DNA of 64,000 nucleotides from Octopus bimaculoides (Eukaryota). The position numbers and the translations under genes were made by a program. This document shows positions 1 to 10,537 of the stretch, piece by piece (positions within the stretch are counted from its first letter, which is position 1; each line of letters opens with the position of its first letter). The DNA lies in NCBI RefSeq assembly GCF_001194135.2, contig NC_068984.1:89389641-89453640 (forward strand), read 5' to 3'. The notes below the pieces were generated by a model, which worked only from the letters and a program-made list of their open reading frames with translations, made no database searches and was not told the DNA's origin.

Positions 1-218
1 ACTGGCTCATGTGCGGCGACACATGATATCTTTCGAGTGCCCCCGGACTGGCTCATGTGCGGGTGACACATGAAATCTTTCGAGCGGGATCGTTGCCAGT
101 GCCCCTGGACTGGCTCATGTGCGGCGACACATGATATCTTTCGAGTGCCCCCGGACTGGCTCATGTGCGGGCGACACATGATATCTTTCGTGCGAGATCG
201 TTGCCAGTGCCCCTGGAC
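1..218 (-). repeat. Tandem array of the 62-bp structured repeat, alternating 46-bp and 62-bp units (108-bp higher-order period); cut by window start
   Basis: ACTGGCTCATGTG restarts at 1, 47, 109, 155; reverse complement of the array at 2712-3587. Confidence 0.95.
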
Positions 219-354
219 ACACAACATATACACACATACATATATATATACATATATACGATGGGCTTCTTTCAGTTTCCATCTACCAAATCCACTCACA
301 AGGCTTTGGTCGGCCCGAGGCTATAGTAGAAGGCACTTGCCCAAGGTGCCACGC
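219..354 (-). mobile_element. tRNA-derived SINE family 1, partial (runs into gap)
   Basis: Near-identical to 49560-49700 (…AAATCCACTCAC(A/G)AGGCTTTGGTCGGCCCGAGGCTATAGTAGAAG…CACTTGCCCAAGGTGCCACGC). Confidence 0.9.
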
Positions 355-1849
355 NNNNNNNNNNNNNNNNNNNNNNNNNNNNNNNNNNNNNNNNNNNNNN
401 NNNNNNNNNNNNNNNNNNNNNNNNNNNNNNNNNNNNNNNNNNNNNNNNNNNNNNNNNNNNNNNNNNNNNNNNNNNNNNNNNNNNNNNNNNNNNNNNNNNN
501 NNNNNNNNNNNNNNNNNNNNNNNNNNNNNNNNNNNNNNNNNNNNNNNNNNNNNNNNNNNNNNNNNNNNNNNNNNNNNNNNNNNNNNNNNNNNNNNNNNNN
601 NNNNNNNNNNNNNNNNNNNNNNNNNNNNNNNNNNNNNNNNNNNNNNNNNNNNNNNNNNNNNNNNNNNNNNNNNNNNNNNNNACAAGTATACAAATAAAAA
701 ATAAAAATAGAAAATAAAAGTTAGAAAAAAAAAAAATAAAGAGTATAAAAACTAATATGAAAAATATAAAAGATAACAAAAGAACACAAAAAGTAAATGC
801 AACAGCATATGTGAAAAAAGAAGAAAGAAGAAAAGTTAAAAAAGGGAAAAAGAAAAAGAAAAAGGTGGAAGGTAAGAAGACAAAAAGTAGTTCAAAATGG
901 TAGTGAGAAGAGATTAGTCTATCAGGAATAAAGAAATGGAATATTTTTAGGAGTGGTCAAGAATGTTGTTGAGTTCTTGTTAAAAGAACCACAACCTGTT
1001 CACTGACAAAATTTGGCACTGCGACTGCGAGAGTAACAGTTAGTTCATGACATATATGTGTTTATGTATATATGTATGTATGTATATGCGTACATTTGCA
1101 TGCGTGCATATACGTATGTATGTATGTATGTATGTATGTATGTATGTATGTATGTATGCAATTGCTCCTCTTTAGTACATCTTATGATATTCAGAACAAC
1201 TCATAACACGTGGATGTAAGTACCATAAAAGCCTTATCTCCAGATGTTTGATGAGCATTCAAACAATAGACCTGTGTTGATTCCACAGTGCTACAAAAGA
1301 ATCATCTCTTAAGGCCATAAGGACTTCCAGATGACATTGAGTCATCAAGAACAACATATGCTTTCATGTGATGAATTTTTATATCCTTTTCTGTGGTTGT
1401 GATGGTATTAGATATACAAAGGAGTTTTCAGATTTTAGAGAATTTTGCATAATTGTGAATTTAAAACCCTCATAATTATAGCAGATGTATTTAGTCTTCC
1501 ATTTTTCCTGTAATGGTTATATGTAGTTGTTTATTGATATGCTGTGCTTCAGTTGAGATATAGACAGATTAAAGTTTGATTGTTGGGGGTCACCAAGTGT
1601 GTAATGGATTTGTTAGAAGTCCAAGGAATAAATGACAGGAGAAAAATAATAGTTAAAATGAACTTTATTTTACTGTTATGATATAAAAGACAGCTACTTC
1701 ATGTATAATGATAAGTAGATGTTCTGTTGAACATTTGCATGTAATTGTGTTCATCTGGATGACAGCTAGAAGAAGGGGAGATAGAAAGAGTGAGAGAATT
1801 TACCTCTTTGGATTGACGAGTAGAGAGTATGGAAGTTGAATAGTCCCTT

Positions 1850-2190
1850 GGTGACACGCAAGAGGTGCTTTTTCCATCAGGTGCCAGGTGAAAGATCCAG
1901 AATTGAATTTGGGCTCTGTATTTATAATTTTTTCCTACTGAAATTAGGTCAGGATAAACAAAGGATTTTCTTTCTGTTATCTTGTCTAAACTGTATTTAG
2001 CCTAAGGATCTTCAGGAAACAATAGGACATATCTAAATATGATAGTTGACTCTGATAAATTTCTTTGTACAAATGCTGGGCACATTAGGAAGGGATTCAT
2101 AAAAAAAATTTAATTGGGTTTCGAATCCTGGTTAAAAATCCTGTGAGCGATTCGCTTCACTCCAAAAGTGAGAGAATACAAACATCTGAT
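1850..2190 (-). mobile_element. Possible heavily decayed LINE post-RT region (CR1/I-group-like)
   Basis: Minus-strand fragments resembling KANR and LYK..I.SQLSY (cf. LYKALVRSxLEY); many stops and frameshifts. Confidence 0.25.
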
Positions 2191-2214
2191 TCCTAAATAA
2201 AACTAGTCTAGGTA

Positions 2215-2711
2215 TAACTAAAAATTTACTGAGGGCTTAACCCTTACAGCAATAACAACAAAAATTTACCACAAATTGTTGCTGAACCATATGTAGCATG
2301 AACTGGAGAAGGTTTTTTCTAAGAAGCCAAAACGAATTTTAAAAAAATCAGTCTGCTGTTGGGTGGATTTCATTGATCTGGAAGGAGTCTGGGCAAACAT
2401 ACTTTAAGCTATCTTACTGCTTGTAGACTTCTCAAACGATTATGAATTTATTCTATCAGATAAAAATGGAGTAAATTCTTCTAATATAATGCTGTCCCCA
2501 ACAAGTAGTGGTGACAGTAATAATGTTTTATAAGAATAAAAAAACTAAAATTCTTTGTTCTGATGGAGACACTGATTTCTTCATTGATGCTAGAGGATAC
2601 ACATGTACTATTCCTATTTATCAATTGCTGAGTCAACGTCCTTTATATTTCAATTGGGGGATGGGGGTTAAATATGAAAGAACTTGGCTTCACTCTAAAC
2701 AAGATCCCCTC
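2215..2711 (+). mobile_element. RTE-X LINE reverse transcriptase fragment, part 1 (pseudogenised)
   Basis: Decayed motifs NY*GLTLTAITTKIY, EGVWANIL*AILLLVDFS, ME*ILLI..VTVIMFYKNKKTKILCSDGDTDFF match RTE-X NYRGITLTAIAAKIY / EGVRAKNLEAILLFVDFSKAFD / MLYKNTKAxVRSPDGDTDFF. Confidence 0.8.
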
Positions 2712-3587
2712 GTCCAGGGGCACTGGCAACGATCCCGCTCGAAAGATTTCATGTGTCACCCGCACAAGGGCCAGTCCAGTGGCACTGGCAACGATCCCGC
2801 TCGAAAGATCNNNNNNNNNNNNNNNNNNNNNNNNNNNNNNNNNNNNNNNNNNNNNNNNNNNNNNNNNNNNNNNNNNNNNNNNNNNNNNNNNNNNNNNNNN
2901 NNNNNNNNNNNNNNNNNNNNNNNNNNNNNNNNNNNNNNNNNNNNNNNNNNNNNNNNNNNNNNNNNNNNNNNNNNNNNNNNNNNNNNNNNNNNNNNNNNNN
3001 NNNNNNNNNNNNNNNNNNNNNNNNNNNNNNNNNNNNNNNNNNNNNNNNNNNNNNNNNNNNNNNNNNNNNNNNNNNNNNNNNNNNNNNNNNNNNNNNNNNN
3101 NNNNNNNNNNNNNNNNNNNNNNNNNNNNNNNNNNNNNNNNNNNNNNNNNNNNNNNNNNNNNNNNNNNNNNNNNNNNNNNNNNNNNNNNNNNNNNNNNNNN
3201 NNNNNNNNNNNNNNNNNNNNNNNNNNNNNNNNNNNNNNNNNNNNNNNNNNNNNNNNNNNNATCTCGCTCGAAAGATTTCATGTGTCGCCCGCACATGAGC
3301 CAGTCCAGGGGCAATGGCATCGATCCCGCTCGAAAGATTTCATGTGTCTCCCGCACATGAGCCAGTCTATGGGCACTGGCAACGATCCCGCTCGAAACAT
3401 TTCATGTGTCACTCGCACAAGAGCCAGTCCAGGGGCACTGGCAACGATCCTGCTCGAAAGATTTCATGTGTCGCCCGCACATGAGCCAGTCCAGGGGCAC
3501 TGGCAACGATCCCGCTCGAAAGATTTCATGTGTCACCCGCACAAGGGCCAGTCCAGTGGCACTGGCAACGATCCCGCTCGAAAGATC
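2712..3587 (+). repeat. Tandem array of 62-bp structured repeat (contains 450-N gap), flanked by 14-bp direct repeat AAGATCCCCTCGTC
   Basis: Unit GTCCAGGGGCACTGGCAACGATCCCGCTCGAAAGATTTCATGTGTCGCCCGCACATGAGCCA; period 62 (2712 to 2774); direct repeat at 2701-2714 and 3582-3595. Confidence 0.95.
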
Positions 3588-3720
3588 CCCTCGTCACCCA
3601 ACCATATCAATAACAAATGTAGAATATATCAAAGATATTGCTCTCTTTTCAGGCACCATCTCAAAGGTTACCAACCTTCTATTTGAACTTAGAAAAGTAG
3701 AGGCAGATATTGGTCTATAG
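3582..3720 (+). mobile_element. RTE-X RT fragment, part 2 (YADD region)
   Basis: RSPRHPTISITNVEYIKDIALFSGTISKVTNLLFELRKVEADIGL is collinear with RTE-X RSRRYPAQTITDADYADDIALL…AAAGIGL. Confidence 0.8.
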
Positions 3721-3780
3721 GAATATAAAGCAGTTCATAATTATTGTTCTGCATATAAATATTAAAAAGAAAAATAAGTT

Positions 3781-4140
3781 TGTAGTAACGCTGTGCGCAT
3801 GCGTAGTCTCACGCATGCGTGCAATTCAACAACCAAGCTTTCTCGCTTCATTCTGCCTCTTTCTTGTTGGCCAGCGATTGAGCAAGGACGTGTTTAGCTG
3901 TCTCTCTCCATCTTTCGAACTTACGCTAGACAGCTCGCTCACATCTACATACCAACGTCCCAACAACCAAGCTCACACACACAGAAGACGTCTCAACAAA
4001 CAAGAGCTAAAGATGTATATATTTACCACCTGAATAAATGTTGTTATGTTGATAGTCTGGAGTTCAGCGTTCCGTTAATTCTTAATTTTATATAAGAAAG
4101 TCAAGTATACGTCTAATGATGTATAACCCACTTTCCTATA
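3781..4140 (+). repeat. 5' LTR (360 bp)
   Basis: TGTAG start, TATA-like TATATATTT near 4016, AATAAA at 4033-4038, followed by PBS. Confidence 0.85.
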
Positions 4141-4143
4141 AAG

Positions 4144-4157
4144 TGGTGACCCCGGCG
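4144..4157 (+). promoter_or_regulatory. Primer-binding site complementary to tRNA-Trp 3' end
   Basis: TGGTGACCCCGGCG vs canonical Trp PBS TGGTGACCCCGACG (13/14; the mismatch allows G:U). Confidence 0.8.
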
Positions 4158-5637
4158 AAGAAACAAACGCAGCATAGATTCTGGACTACCAACCTATAAC
4201 TGGTGAACCCGACTAAAGAACAAATGCGGCCATGGAGACTGAACTACCAAGCAACGATGACTACCAACGCCATCGACATCTCCAACCATAGTCAACACGA
4301 CTTACTATGTACACCAAACTAAACCACCGCGGCAAATCTCTCTCTTCGATTCTGTTAGGTGACTTAGCTTCACCACGATAATAAACAGACAAGAATTACA
4401 GCCTGCGATACTTCCAATTGTGTACTCAAGAACTTGGTATAAAACTCTCACGTGTACTGACTTTCTATCTGCTGTAATATCTCACATACATATAGACGGC
4501 CTGTCTTTTATTATGTTCTTATATGTCGCATTCACACTCTCACATACACATACATCTTTTATGCCACACTAAATATCTCTTGTTATTCATTTCATACGGT
4601 TGTCTTTTCTATCGTCTCATTACTGGCTATTTATGTTATCGTAATATAACATAATTANNNNNNNNNNNNNNNNNNNNNNNNNNNNNNNNNNNNNNNNNNN
4701 NNNNNNNNNNNNNNNNNNNNNNNNNNNNNNNNNNNNNNNNNNNNNNNNNNNNNNNNNNNNNNNNNNNNNNNNNNNNNNNNNNNNNNNNNNNNNNNNNNNN
4801 NNNNNNNNNNNNNNNNNNNNNNNNNNNNNNNNNNNNNNNNNNNNNNNNNNNNNNNNNNNNNNNNNNNNNNNNNNNNNNNNNNNNNNNNNNNNNNNNNNNN
4901 NNNNNNNNNNNNNNNNNNNNNNNNNNNNNNNNNNNNNNNNNNNNNNNNNNNNNNNNNNNNNNNNNNNNNNNNNNNNNNNNNNNNNNNNNNNNNNNNNNNN
5001 NNNNNNNNNNNNNNNNNNNNNNNNNNNNNNNNNNNNNNNNNNNNNNNNNNNNNNNNNNNNNNNNNNNNNNNNNNNNNNNNNNNNNNNNNNNNNNNNNNNN
5101 NNNNNNNNNNNNNNNNNNNNNNNNNNNNNNNNNNNNNNNNNNNNNNNNNNNNNNNNNNNNNNNNNNNNNNNNNNNNNNNNNNNNNNNNNNNNNNNNNNNN
5201 NNNNNNNNNNNNNNNNNNNNNNNNNNNNNNNNNNNNNNNNNNNNNNNNNNNNNNNNNNNNNNNNNNNNNNNNNNNNNNNNNNNNNNNNNNNNNNNNNNNN
5301 NNNNNNNNNNNNNNNNNNNNNNNNNNNNNNNNNNNNNNNNNNNNNNNNNNNNNNNNNNNNNNNNNNNNNNNNNNNNNNNNNNNNNNNNNNNNNNNNNNNN
5401 NNNNNNNNNNNNNNNNNNNCATTCCGTGATTCCAGTTCCTGGACAGTAGTCATCACGATTTGTTTTCTCATTGTCTCATTTGTTTTTTACTAGGTGGCAT
5501 TTACTGCCCATATTGCATGTTTTTCTTTCATTCCTTCAATTTGTACATTGCATGCATGTATCACACGAGTCTACATTTCATTTCTTTCATTTTTCTTTGT
5601 GTGTGTTTGTGCTACATCTTGTGGGTGGTTTTCAGTG

Positions 5638-5853
5638 GCTAGACAGCTCGCTCACATCTACATACCAACGTCCCAACAACCAAGCTCACACACACAGAAG
5701 ACGTCTCAACAAACAAGAGCTAAAGATGTATATATTTACCACCTGAATAAATGTTGTTATGTTGATAGTCTGGAGTTCAGCGTTCCGTTAATTCTTAATT
5801 TTATATAGGAAAGTCAGGTATACATGTAATGATGTATAACCCACTTTCCTATA
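5638..5853 (+). repeat. 3' LTR, 5'-truncated (216 bp)
   Basis: Matches 3925-4140 with 4 substitutions. Confidence 0.9.
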
Positions 5854-7470
5854 AGTTCATTTTGTACTCAATATCACTTTAAACAATTTCATTGAGAATT
5901 TATTAATGTTTTCAAGAATTTTAGATATTGTTCCTCCCACCACGAAAAAAAAAAAAAAAAAAAGGAAAAGCGAACAACAAATTCAAACAATGATAATTTA
6001 CTAACTCAGGTTCTTTATAATCTAATTTGCGTTTTATGTGCTTTAAATCTGGCATTAAAAAATGTGTCATGATTGCAATTTCATGTTATTTTGATTTTAG
6101 TCTTATCAACGCCTATGTTTGTATTGACAACTGTTACCATGCCAACCGCACCAACGTAAATTCTTCTGTTTCCGCCCTTGCTTACAAGTGTTACACTCAT
6201 ACCCCCATATTAACAACACCAGAGGTTCTTGTCTACTGTTTCCACATTAATGACATCATAGCTGACAAAAAAGAAAAAAAAAAGTCCTGATATGGTAACA
6301 AATCGAGGTTATGAATTCCGACTTTAGTTTAAAATTATCAGTATTTACTACGACACCCACTCCTTATTTGTTTTTTGTTTTTTTATTTAGCAGCAACTTA
6401 TGCTCATTGAAGATATGTTACCACTGTTTTTATAAATATTATTTTCAATACTTGAATAACAGATGGATAAATTACATTCCTCTATTTATTAAATACGTCA
6501 AAAACGTAAAAAAAAAAAAAAAAATCAGTTTGAGAGAAATATTTTTCTGTTATTAAACGGAACATATTTGCCATTTCTTTAACATTTTCTCTAAAAATAC
6601 TGCTTTTACGATTTCAGAATATTCAGAACAATGTGTAACTGTATACTTATATACCGAGATCAGGATTTATCATTATTATAAACCTATTTATTTAGGCTAG
6701 TGATTTCGTTTTGGTTGTTACAATCAATGTTTCAGCTGTTTTACCTTTCTTCAGGTGACTGGTATATTCATTAACGTTCTCGAATCGTAAACCGAACCTT
6801 TATTTAAACCACGCGGTGTGCAGTATCCTCATACTGTTGCATAAGCCCAGGATATTGTCTTCATACTTGTGCTGTATCTTTCTCGTTTCACATCAACCAG
6901 AGTATGAAACTAAAATATAACTTTCACCAGAGTCTTAACTTAAACCAGAGACTGTTGAGTAAATTGTCAGCCCTGTATTATCGATTATTGATTAGTGTTT
7001 TTCATCTGGGTTGTTGTTGTTGTTGATGACGACAACGACGACGGTGATGGACTTCATTCAACTGAGAATCATACTGCACACAGCGACATACAGTGATGAA
7101 TTTTCTTGTTTGTGTGTTATTTCGGTTTTAGTATTTAACTTTGTAGATCATTATGACATATATTAGTGACAGAGCTGATGGAGAGATGAGTCGCTTATAT
7201 ATATATATTTTTTAACAAGTTCACTGGCTGATCGCAACTCCAGTACTTGTTCTGGCACTGTTTTTTCTATATATCACAGGCGGGGAGATAAGTCGCTGCT
7301 ATCTCTTACAGTCGAGCATCCATCATTGAAGAGACCAATGAAGGTCTAAATCACGTGAAGATGGTGGGGGTTTATCTCCCCACTAGCGATATAAACAAGA
7401 GTGCATTTTGCACCAAAAGCCAATATGAGAGTTTCTCTTGTGGTATCTACCACAGTATAGTTTGTTCATA

Positions 7471-9640
7471 CAGAGGGGTGGGCAATTTACGGCCCGCCAC
7501 AGTTTTCTGCGGCCCGAGGAAGCGTTCAGCAAAAAAAATTTCCAAGTCTAAAATTTTCGTAAACTGATCACGGTAAACTGCTAGTGCCAAGGCATGCGTA
7601 GCCCCTTCATACGTAACAGTTTTCTCTTTGCAACAGTAAGACCTGTAACGTTCCGACCCGGACCCTCCTAAAAAGCGCAAAATCGAAAAAGAATGCCGTG
7701 CGTTCAGTGAAGACTGAACACAAATATTTGTTCAGTAATTCAGAGAATAAGGCAGTGTGATTACTATGTCGCGAGACAGTTGCCATATTCAAGGAATACA
7801 ATTTGAAACGAGACCACTAAACAAAACATGACGAGTTTGGTAGCGAAATGTCAGAGGAAGAACGCAGGAAAAAAGCTGCAAAGTGTGTTACGAAGCTGAA
7901 GAAGCAACGGACCATATTTACGAAGCAATCGATACTCCGGGATAGTGCTACAGAGACAAGCTGGCAAGCTTCATGGTAGCATACAATCTCGTTAAAAACA
8001 ACAAGCCATTTTCTGATGGTGAGTTTGTTAAGCAGTGCTTAGTAGATTGCGCAAGCGTACTGTGCCGTGACACAAGAAACAAATTCGAAACCATATCATT
8101 ATCCAAAAGCACTATGGTGCGGCGCATACACTTAATTAGTGACGAACTAACAGAACAGCTGAACACTGTAAGTAAAAAATTTGCGTGGTTTTCTTTGGCA
8201 CTGGACAAGAGCACTGATAACCAAGACACTGTACAGCTACGTATCTTTGTCCGTGGAATTGATGAAAATTTCGTCATTACAGAAAAACTACTTGTTTTGG
8301 AATCGATGAAAAATACAACCACTGGTCAGGACTTGTTTGAATGTGCTGTGGACTGTGTGGAGAAAAGTGCCGTGTCATGGAATAGAATGGCAAGCATTAC
8401 AACAGATGGGGCCAGAGTATTTACTGGAAAAAATGTGGGTATGATTAAACTTTTAGAGAACAAGTTAAAAGCTGAACACCCAGACGGTGATATCTTGCCT
8501 TTTCATTATATTTTGCGACAGAAAAGCTTCTGTAAACCTGCACTGGACCTAAAGCATGTGGTGAATCCTGTAATGAGCATGGTGAACACAATCAGAATAA
8601 GGGCGTTCTACCATCTACAATTTAAATCTCACCTTGAGGATATGGAGGCTCAGTATGGAGATGTGATTTACCACAATAGTGTTCGGTGGTTGAGCCTGGG
8701 CAAAATACTAAAATAGGTTTGGGAATTACAGAATGAAATCCGCCTTTTCTGAACCTGAAGGGGATTTCATGCGATTTTGTGACCAAAACAGGGTGTGAGG
8801 AGTGAAGATATGTGATGATTTTTGCGGCTGATACGTTTGAGAAATTAAATGAATTGAACGTGACATTGCAGGGAAAGGGGTTGTTTGTACATGAAATGTT
8901 CAGGCACGTGAGATCATTCAAAACAAAACTAGGTCTATTTGCAAGGTAAGCAGGCGAGGGCAAGTTTTGTCACTTTCCTTTATTAAGAAAACAGAAAGTG
9001 CCTGCAAGTGTTTCTTCTAAGATTAGGGATCATTGGCTGAGTTTGGAGGATGAAGTCACAAGAAGATTTCAGGATTTTAAGAAAATTGAGCCAGATTTAA
9101 ATTTGTTATCTTATCCTTTAACTGCTGATATTGATACAGCACCCGAGGAGGTACAGCTTGAACTAATTGATATGCAGTAAGATCACACGCTGAAAGAAAT
9201 GTTTAATTCTGTCACATTAATAGAATTTTACAAATCTCTTTTGCTGACAAATTTCCATGTGTGAAGAAATTTGCAGGGAAAATGTTTTCACGTATATTTG
9301 TGAGTAAAGTTTTTCTTGCATGAAAATCAATGAGTAAAAATATATCCTCTGTGACTAACATAAACTTGCAGGCAGTGATGAGGATCTCAACAAGCAACTT
9401 CACTTCTGATTGCAAAAGAATTGTAAATAAGTGCGACAAGTTACATTTGTCTCATTAAATTACTTGTGCAGGCTGATGTGTAATTTGCACATAAATAAAT
9501 CCAATGAAACCTTTTCTGTGTACCACCATTGCTTTAGTTTTATTTATTCATTATTATGATGATTCTACACGTCGCATTAAATGAAATGTTATGTTAACTA
9601 ATGAATACGATCAGTTATATAAGGTGCGACCCTCCGCTAA
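7471..9640 (+). mobile_element. hAT (Charlie/SPIN-like) DNA transposon, 3' end lost at a SINE
   Basis: Left end CAG(A)GGGGTGGGCAA…CGGCCCG typical of Charlie-type hAT ends; encloses transposase pseudogene. Confidence 0.8.
7670..9458 (+). pseudogene. hAT transposase pseudogene (GTF2IRD2/SPIN-like family)
   Basis: KKRKIEKECRAF…LLCRETVAIFKEYNLKR; FSLALDKSTD..DTVQLRIFVRG; SITTDGA; NSVRWLS.GK; multiple stops and frameshifts. Confidence 0.9.
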
Positions 9641-9647
9641 CCAATTT

Positions 9648-9790
9648 TACGTTCTGAGTTGAAATTTCACCGAAGTCGACTTTGCGTTTCATCCTTTTAA
9701 AGTCGATGAAATAAGTACCAGATGAGCAATAACATCTATCGAGTATTCACCTCCCTCCTAATTTAGACCGTGTGACTGTAGTAGAAAATA
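9648..9790 (+). mobile_element. tRNA-derived SINE family 2, partial
   Basis: GTTCTGAGTTGAAATTTCACCGAAGTCGACTTTGCGTTTCATCC…AAGTACCAG. Confidence 0.75.
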
Positions 9791-10496
9791 TATTACTCAG
9801 AACGCATGGCACAAGGGCTAACTAAATGTTTGAAAATAAGCATAGACGAAAATGTCTTGGACAAGCAAAATGTTGAAGATGAATTAGAGTGAACCTTGCT
9901 TCAGACTATGAGCTGCGTGTACATGACTAGAGTGTTGCAGCTTATTCCATTCTACATTAAACTAATCAGGTTCATGGACTCACCTGACTAGAATACACCT
10001 TGTTTCTAGATGTATTGTGATAGTGATGTTACATCTTTTTGGATTGTATTTCAGATGAAAAAGGTAGATGCATGGAGTATGGTTCAAACGTTCTCTCGAT
10101 ATTTTCGAGTGTGCTCTTTTCATTTCATATATTTGTAATTTTGCTTATAAGGCTTGAGTCTATCCGAAATAATAGCTAAAGTCGCTTGCCCACAATGTGT
10201 CACCCGATAGAACCTGAGCTTCATGACTTGTGTTGGCCGAGCGTTGTATTCTTTCTTGTCTTGAGGTTCACGGCCAAACGGCTGGGTGGATTCGCGTGAA
10301 AAATAGCACACATGTGGAGACGGGTGCATAGATTGGAACGCGCTTTCTATTTTTTCTAGCCCCCATACTTACAGAGAAAATCTGCGTGCGTGCGTGTATG
10401 TGAGTGTGTGTCACTGAAGCCATTCATACATATATGCATAATAAATAAATAAACTGAATGATAAATTTCATTTATCTCTCTCACTATTTCTTTCTT

Positions 10497-10537
<41 letters not shown>

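Larger units (their letters stand above)
3781..5853 (+). mobile_element. LTR retroelement, ~2.1 kb, Gypsy-like signals, no visible coding region (internal gap 4658-5420)
   Basis: Starts TGTAG, both LTR copies end CTATA; 4-bp TSD AGTT (3777-3780, 5854-5857); PBS directly after 5' LTR. Confidence 0.8.

Noticed and set aside
70-717. Long ORFs spanning N runs (also 2508-3686, 4620-5471, 24352-25257, 25836-27063, 39621-40229, 58670-59458)
   Set aside because: Length comes from gap Ns
2712-2773. Hammerhead or twister interpretation of the 62-bp unit
   Set aside because: CUGANGA core absent on both strands; twister resemblance (CACUG.CAA…G.UCCC) lacks the UAA cleavage loop and P4
1-3595. Arrays as TIRs of one foldback transposon, or as a CRISPR array
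   Set aside because: Array 2 has its own flanking duplication inside RTE-X and array 1 sits in a SINE; units are contiguous with no unique spacers and the DNA is eukaryotic
7094-7180. C/D box snoRNA-like GTGATGA…CTGA
   Set aside because: Only a 2-bp terminal stem and no guide evidence
10186-10193. TTGCCCAC as right TIR of the hAT element
   Set aside because: Lies within a decayed SINE family 1 segment
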